A DNA stretch of 64,000 bases, from NCBI GenBank assembly GCA_001724265.1, contig MEDY01000016.1, positions 62,001-126,000 of the forward strand, given 5' to 3'. This stretch comes from Rhizaria sp. SCN 62-66 (Eukaryota). Within the stretch, counting starts at the first letter, position 1. Each line of letters opens with the position of its first letter. The notes under the pieces were generated by a model. It worked only from the letters and a program-made list of their open reading frames with translations. It was not told the origin of the DNA and ran no database searches. The position numbers were made by a program, and so were the translations under genes. Shown one piece after another: positions 59,115-64,000 of this stretch.

Positions 59115-59991
59115 GGTATTCGATCTTGATCACTCACAAGAGGAGGGAGCGGTTCAACAGGTCGAAGACAACCAAGTCAGTATTAGAGTCCTGTAGAGCT
59201 TTTTTCTTGGGTTCTTCATGTGAAATCAAGATAAGGAATATAAACCAACTACGAGTGCCTTATGAGGTCGCCAGACAGTGAAATATTAGCGTTTGACTAT
59301 GATTTATCTCACCTTGTGGGTGTTCGAGATAGATTCAAATCCTCTCGAACTTCTCGAACACCCCAACATGACCCCAGCCACACAGAGACATCCACACAGG
59401 TTATTATAAACATAAGATGTACAAATCAACATATATCCCCACATATAAGATTTATACGCTGTTTGACGATCAAAACATGGGTTTCGACATGTTTTTACTA
59501 ACCCCATCGCACGCGCGCTTCTGAATCAGCCACAAAAAACTACCAAGAAAAGTAAGATATACAAACCATATACGTCCAAGTCTACAGCGTCAAATTCTGT
59601 ATGCATAGCCGCAATGCGACATTTTTCTGTAATCGTATGGTCATCGGCAAGCCGTACTACCAGGACAAAGCTCTTTAAATACCAAGAGAGTAAAGTAGCG
59701 AAAGCCCGTGCTGCACGTTAGCATTCGATGAGTAACAGAGCCTTCAAATAAGCAAACATATCAGTACATATACAATATACACTAAACCCAGCACTAATAC
59801 ACACAATAAAGCTATTCCTATTCCTGCTCTTATTCCTAGTTGCGTGCGGACATCGTAATTACATGCCCACATCGAGCATGCGACGTCTGAAACAACACGA
59901 CTTAGTAATGATACATTATACAGACATACAGCTCCTAGCGGTTGGGTTTTCTTTCAGCCGAACACCGCTTCGGCGTCAAACAGCTGCTTGT

Positions 59992-62737
59992 TTACGCGTC
60001 CAGCTCGGCCATCTTGGCAAGGTAGCGGCCCAGCGCCCAGATGGGGAAGATGGAGCGGTACGCAGTGTATGTAATCATGCAGTTGCCGTTGAACACGCCC
60101 GAGATGCCCTCCTGCGGCCAGTCGCCCGTGGGGAGCTGGCGCGACAGAATCTGGCGCGCGGCCTCGTCCAGTGGCGTGCGGTCGACCTTGTGGTAGTCGG
60201 CAGCCAGCAGCGCGAGCAGCGCCCACGCCGTGTTGATCACCATCGACACAGGCTTGTTCGCAGCCGCCGCGCCGTCGCCGTCGGCGGCGATGAGGTTCTT
60301 GTCGTAGCTGTGCGAGTATTCCTTGGTGACGCAAGATTGGAAGCTCTCGCCCCAGCCGCCGTCCTCGTTGCGCTTCGAGAGCAAGAACGCGACGCCCTTG
60401 CGGATGGCCTCGCTCGACTGGTAGGTGTACCCCGCCGACATGAGCCCCTCGACGCCAAACCAGGCGCCGTAGGTGAAACACACGCCCCAGGACCCGACCC
60501 AGGCGCCGTCGGCGCGCTGAATGCGCTGGATAAACTTGACGCCGTCCTCGATAGACTTGTTGACCTCCTTGGTGCGGTGGTCGGGGAAGTCGTGGCGGAA
60601 CTTGCACAGCACCTGCACGCACGCGGAGGAGCACTCGACGTAGCTGTAGTCCACCATGATGCCACCGAAGACCTCGGAAGGATTCAATGCCTCGATCCAA
60701 GCAGGGCCGCGCATGTTCTCGTAAGTGGCCCAGCCACCATCCTGGTAAAGCGTTAAGAAAACAAAAAAAGCGATGTGAGCGAAGAGAAAATTGTTAAAGA
60801 GATTTGCCTACATAACGCTAAAAACAAACAAATAAACCAACCCATAAAATGTAAATATTTGGTGATACCGGGCGATTTTGTTGCCATACAGCGGTGTCAC
60901 GTACCTGGTAGTTCTGGAGAGTGAGCATGACGTTGACGGCCTGGAACTGGCGCTCCGCGGTGACGTACTTGACAGGGGGCGCAATCTTGCTGTCCTTGCC
61001 CGCCGTGGCCGGGTTAGCGATGAGCCCGGTGCGGTGCATCAGCAGGACGGCCTTGAGGCCCTCGGCCGTGCAGTCACTGATGGGCCACCCGTGGTCACGC
61101 GTACTGAACGGCCAGCCGCCCAGCGACTCGTGGCGGAACCACTTCTCGCGGTCCTCGACCTCCTGGACGACCTGCGCGCACTCGACGAAGTCGTACGCCT
61201 TGGTGAGGAACTGCTTAAGCGGGGACGCGAGCAGACGCGCGGTGAGGTCGAGCTCAACGGGGCGCCCCGTGGCCTTCTTGCGGCGCGCGACGCCGTCGTC
61301 GAGCTCAAGAAAAGCCTGCACCGTGAAGGCCGTGTCCCAGAGCTGGGAGCCGTTGTAGCCCTGGACCTTGATGCCGTCCTCGGCGACCCAGAGGTAGTCT
61401 GCGATGCGCGACTGGTGGAGACGGAACTGGAGCGAGTCCTTGCCGTAGCCGTGGAAGCACGAGAGCATGTTGATGAACTTGGACACGGGCCCGATGTCGA
61501 CGTAGTTGGTCTGCGTGTCCTCGGCCGTGATGTAGTCGAGGATGAACTTGAGCGCGCGCGGCCGCAAGAGCCACTTGGGGAAGTAATCCTCGTACAAGTT
61601 CATGAAGCCGTTGGCGAGCTTGAGCATCAGCGCCTGGTCCGTGTAGCGGTCCGTCGGCGACACGTGGTTGCGCGTGGCGCGGAAGTCGATGGTGTCGTAA
61701 GGCTTAGGGTAGATCTCGCCACGGATGGCCTCGATCAGCGGGTCGACGGGCACGGTGAACTTGACGCCCGAGATGTAGGCCATGGGCAGATAGACCATGC
61801 GACAGTGGCACCAGAAACGGCCGGGGTGGAACGGAAGGAACTTAGGCATGAGCCACATCTCGGGGAAGATGGCATTAGAGCCATCCCAGGGCATGAGGTT
61901 GAGCACGTTGAGCCAGAACTTGCCCCACGAAGGGGTGCCCTGGGCGCCGCCGTGGGCGATGATCCACTCCCGGCAGCGGACCAGAGGCGGGAGGTCGGCC
62001 GCGCAGCCCAGCAGACGCAGCGAGACGTAGTTGAGCACGGTGCCGAACATCGTCGCCGCGGACTCGATGTGGAGGCCGTAGCCGCCGTCGGGACGCTGGT
62101 GCGAGAGCAGGTACTTGATCATCTCGAGGCGGGTCTGCGCTGGCAGGTGGGTGCCCGTGGCGTAGCACGTGAAGATCGCGCCGGGCATCAGGAACATGGG
62201 GCCGCCGTAGTCGCTGGGGATGTGTCCGTCCTCGGCCTGGACATGCTTGAAGTACTCGGCGCCCTGCTCGCCGGCCTCCTCGACAAGACGGAGGAACTCC
62301 TCGCGCGACAGCGTCTCCATGTCGATGTCCTTCTCGCCGCCGTCCTCGGTGCGGACCGTCTTGACCGTCGCCGCGTTGGCCTTGGCGGCCGTCGAAGAGC
62401 CGGGGCGGTAGAGCTCGGCCGGGATGGCCTGCTTGCGGTAGATGTCGTCGCCCGTGTTGGGGTTGGTGAGCATCGTGGCTTGGCGCGCCACTTCGTCGAT
62501 CTGCGCGGCAGTGATCTCCTCCTTGTGGTCGTAGACGGAGTTGATTTTGGAGCCGTCAAAGACGCCGCCGGGGAGCATGTCGGTGTAGACGACGCCCTCG
62601 GACATGAAGGGGAGACCGTTGTGGCGCACGCCAGCGGGCGTGGTGGTTTGCTTGACGACGGACTCGGCCACCGTCGACTTGTCGGGGCTGAAGTACTGCC
62701 AGATCTGGCGACCGGCCTCAGACGTGAGACTCCACAT
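59992..62737 (-). CDS. CAS1: Oxidosqualene cyclase, cycloartenol synthase type, 2 exons (62737-60905, 60741-59992)
   Basis: DYGGPMF, FWCHCRMVYLPM, QGYNGSQLWD, DHGWPISDCTAE and QW repeats (QRPDGGYG, QRADGAW, QLPTGDW). Stop TAA. Confidence 0.93.
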
Positions 62738-63212
62738 CTGTTTCTTTAAGAGGCGAAAAACACGGGGAGTAAAACAGAATCAGCACATGTAAGCGTTGAG
62801 AGGGCGAATCCTGCAGGCAAGTAGAGGTGGAGTGGCGGTGACTGCAGATGACAACAAACGCAGCCAAACGCAATGAAGTAATAAAGATGCAAGATGAAGA
62901 GCGATGACTGACAAATTATAAAGAAATAACCAAGAAGTCTTGTTTTATCTAGGAAAACTAGAATTGGATCATTCATCGATGCAGAACACCCTTAATATAT
63001 GTTGCAAAGTTGACGATTGAATCTCACGACGATCACCGACCGCCCTGGGACTGGCGTGGGACGACGGGCGCTACAGCGCAGACTGGCGCCACAGCCACCG
63101 AGTCGACTGAGAGGTGGCCATCGCAGTCAGCCGGACCCCAAAGTTGATCGATCGACACACTCCTTGTGCACGGTGGTTTGATCGTCAAAGACGATAAAAA
63201 TTGCTGCACGCG

Positions 63213-63866
63213 ATGGATTCTGACAAGTATTTAACGGCACTTTTGTCGTGGTGCGCCAAAAACGGATTTGACCCCTGTACCACGTGGGGTCTTCGCCCTC
63301 ACATCTTCCACTCGGGACTCCGCGGTGTTCAAGTCTGCCACGCACCCGCTCTCCCTCGGAAGTTGCTCAAAGTGAACAAAAACAAGAATGCAGATACTTG
63401 CCTTGATGGGCTAGCTTGCGATGAGGCTGACACTACCTCAGCTACATCTTGTTCCGAGTCAAGCGATGGTGTTAAGGAGACCATGACAACTCTGTGCAAT
63501 GCCCCGCGACCGCAGTCACTGCTGCGCGTGCCCCACAACCTCGTCATCACGGCCCCGCTTGCACTGGCGTCGAGTCCCTGCGTCGGCGCGCTAGCCCGCC
63601 TTGCCGCCTGCACCGGCAACCCTCTCTCAGAGACGGAGGTGCTTGCGTTGTTTCTGATTGAGCAACGCCGCCTTCTCACCACGATGCGAGCTCTGGCACT
63701 ACAGCAGCAACATCAGCTCTCAGAGGCTGCGGAACGTGACTGTGAGTCGGCGGCTCTTGCTATTGCATCGCCCGCTAACTGGCTGCCATACGTGGCGACT
63801 GTGCCAGAGACCTACGACACCACGATGTTTTGGGGGGACGCAGACTTGGCCAAGCTCGGCCTCAGC
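63213..63866 (+). CDS. SET-domain (LSMT/SETD3-like) protein, first exon; the rest lies beyond the window
   Basis: LLSWCAKNG, GLRGV, LLRVPHNLVIT, LALFLIEQR and WLPYVATVPETYDTTMFW. GTACGT donor at 63867. Confidence 0.7.
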
Positions 63867-64000
63867 GTACGTGTTACAAACGCATCAAAGTTTTGCTTAA
63901 TCAAATTACCAAGTTCAGGGCGCTTATTCTTGCATTTTACAAGTCTTCACAGTTAATATATGCGTATAGCTCTATGTTTCAAGTGAGTCTATTGCATCTG

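Noticed and set aside
63213-64000. SET N-terminal half at the window end and SET C-terminal half at the window start forming one circularly permuted gene
   Set aside because: Nothing indicates circularity or overlap. Two paralogues cut by the window edges is simpler.

Overview
Gene-dense nuclear DNA from a flagellated, aerobic eukaryote, most likely a protist. It has GC-rich, Ala-rich exons, AT-rich spacers and short GT-AG introns. I can support 22 protein-coding genes, two truncated by the window edges: two SET-domain proteins, an Arf/Arl GTPase, a giant SpoU-domain protein, a bromodomain protein, mitochondrial EF-G2, a lipoate-protein ligase, an ankyrin protein, Nup93, a snapin/pallidin-like protein, GUF1, PIG-M, GcvT, mitochondrial uL4, an RSP3-multi-PDZ fusion, PF20/SPAG16, a polyQ CAMK kinase, TTC1, a BMT5-like methyltransferase, a DEAD-box helicase, an HDHD3-like HAD hydrolase and cycloartenol synthase. 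The main finding is evidence for a non-standard nuclear genetic code in which TAG is a sense codon, probably Gln, while TAA and TGA remain stops. Two otherwise intact genes carry an in-frame TAG, one inside the kinase catalytic domain, and none of the 21 visible gene ends uses TAG (11 TAA, 10 TGA). Also notable are a 2651-aa radial-spoke-protein-3/10xPDZ fusion and a rigid GTACG 5' splice-site consensus. I recognised no rRNA, tRNA, CRISPR array or transposon. All gene models and family calls were made by eye, without database searches.
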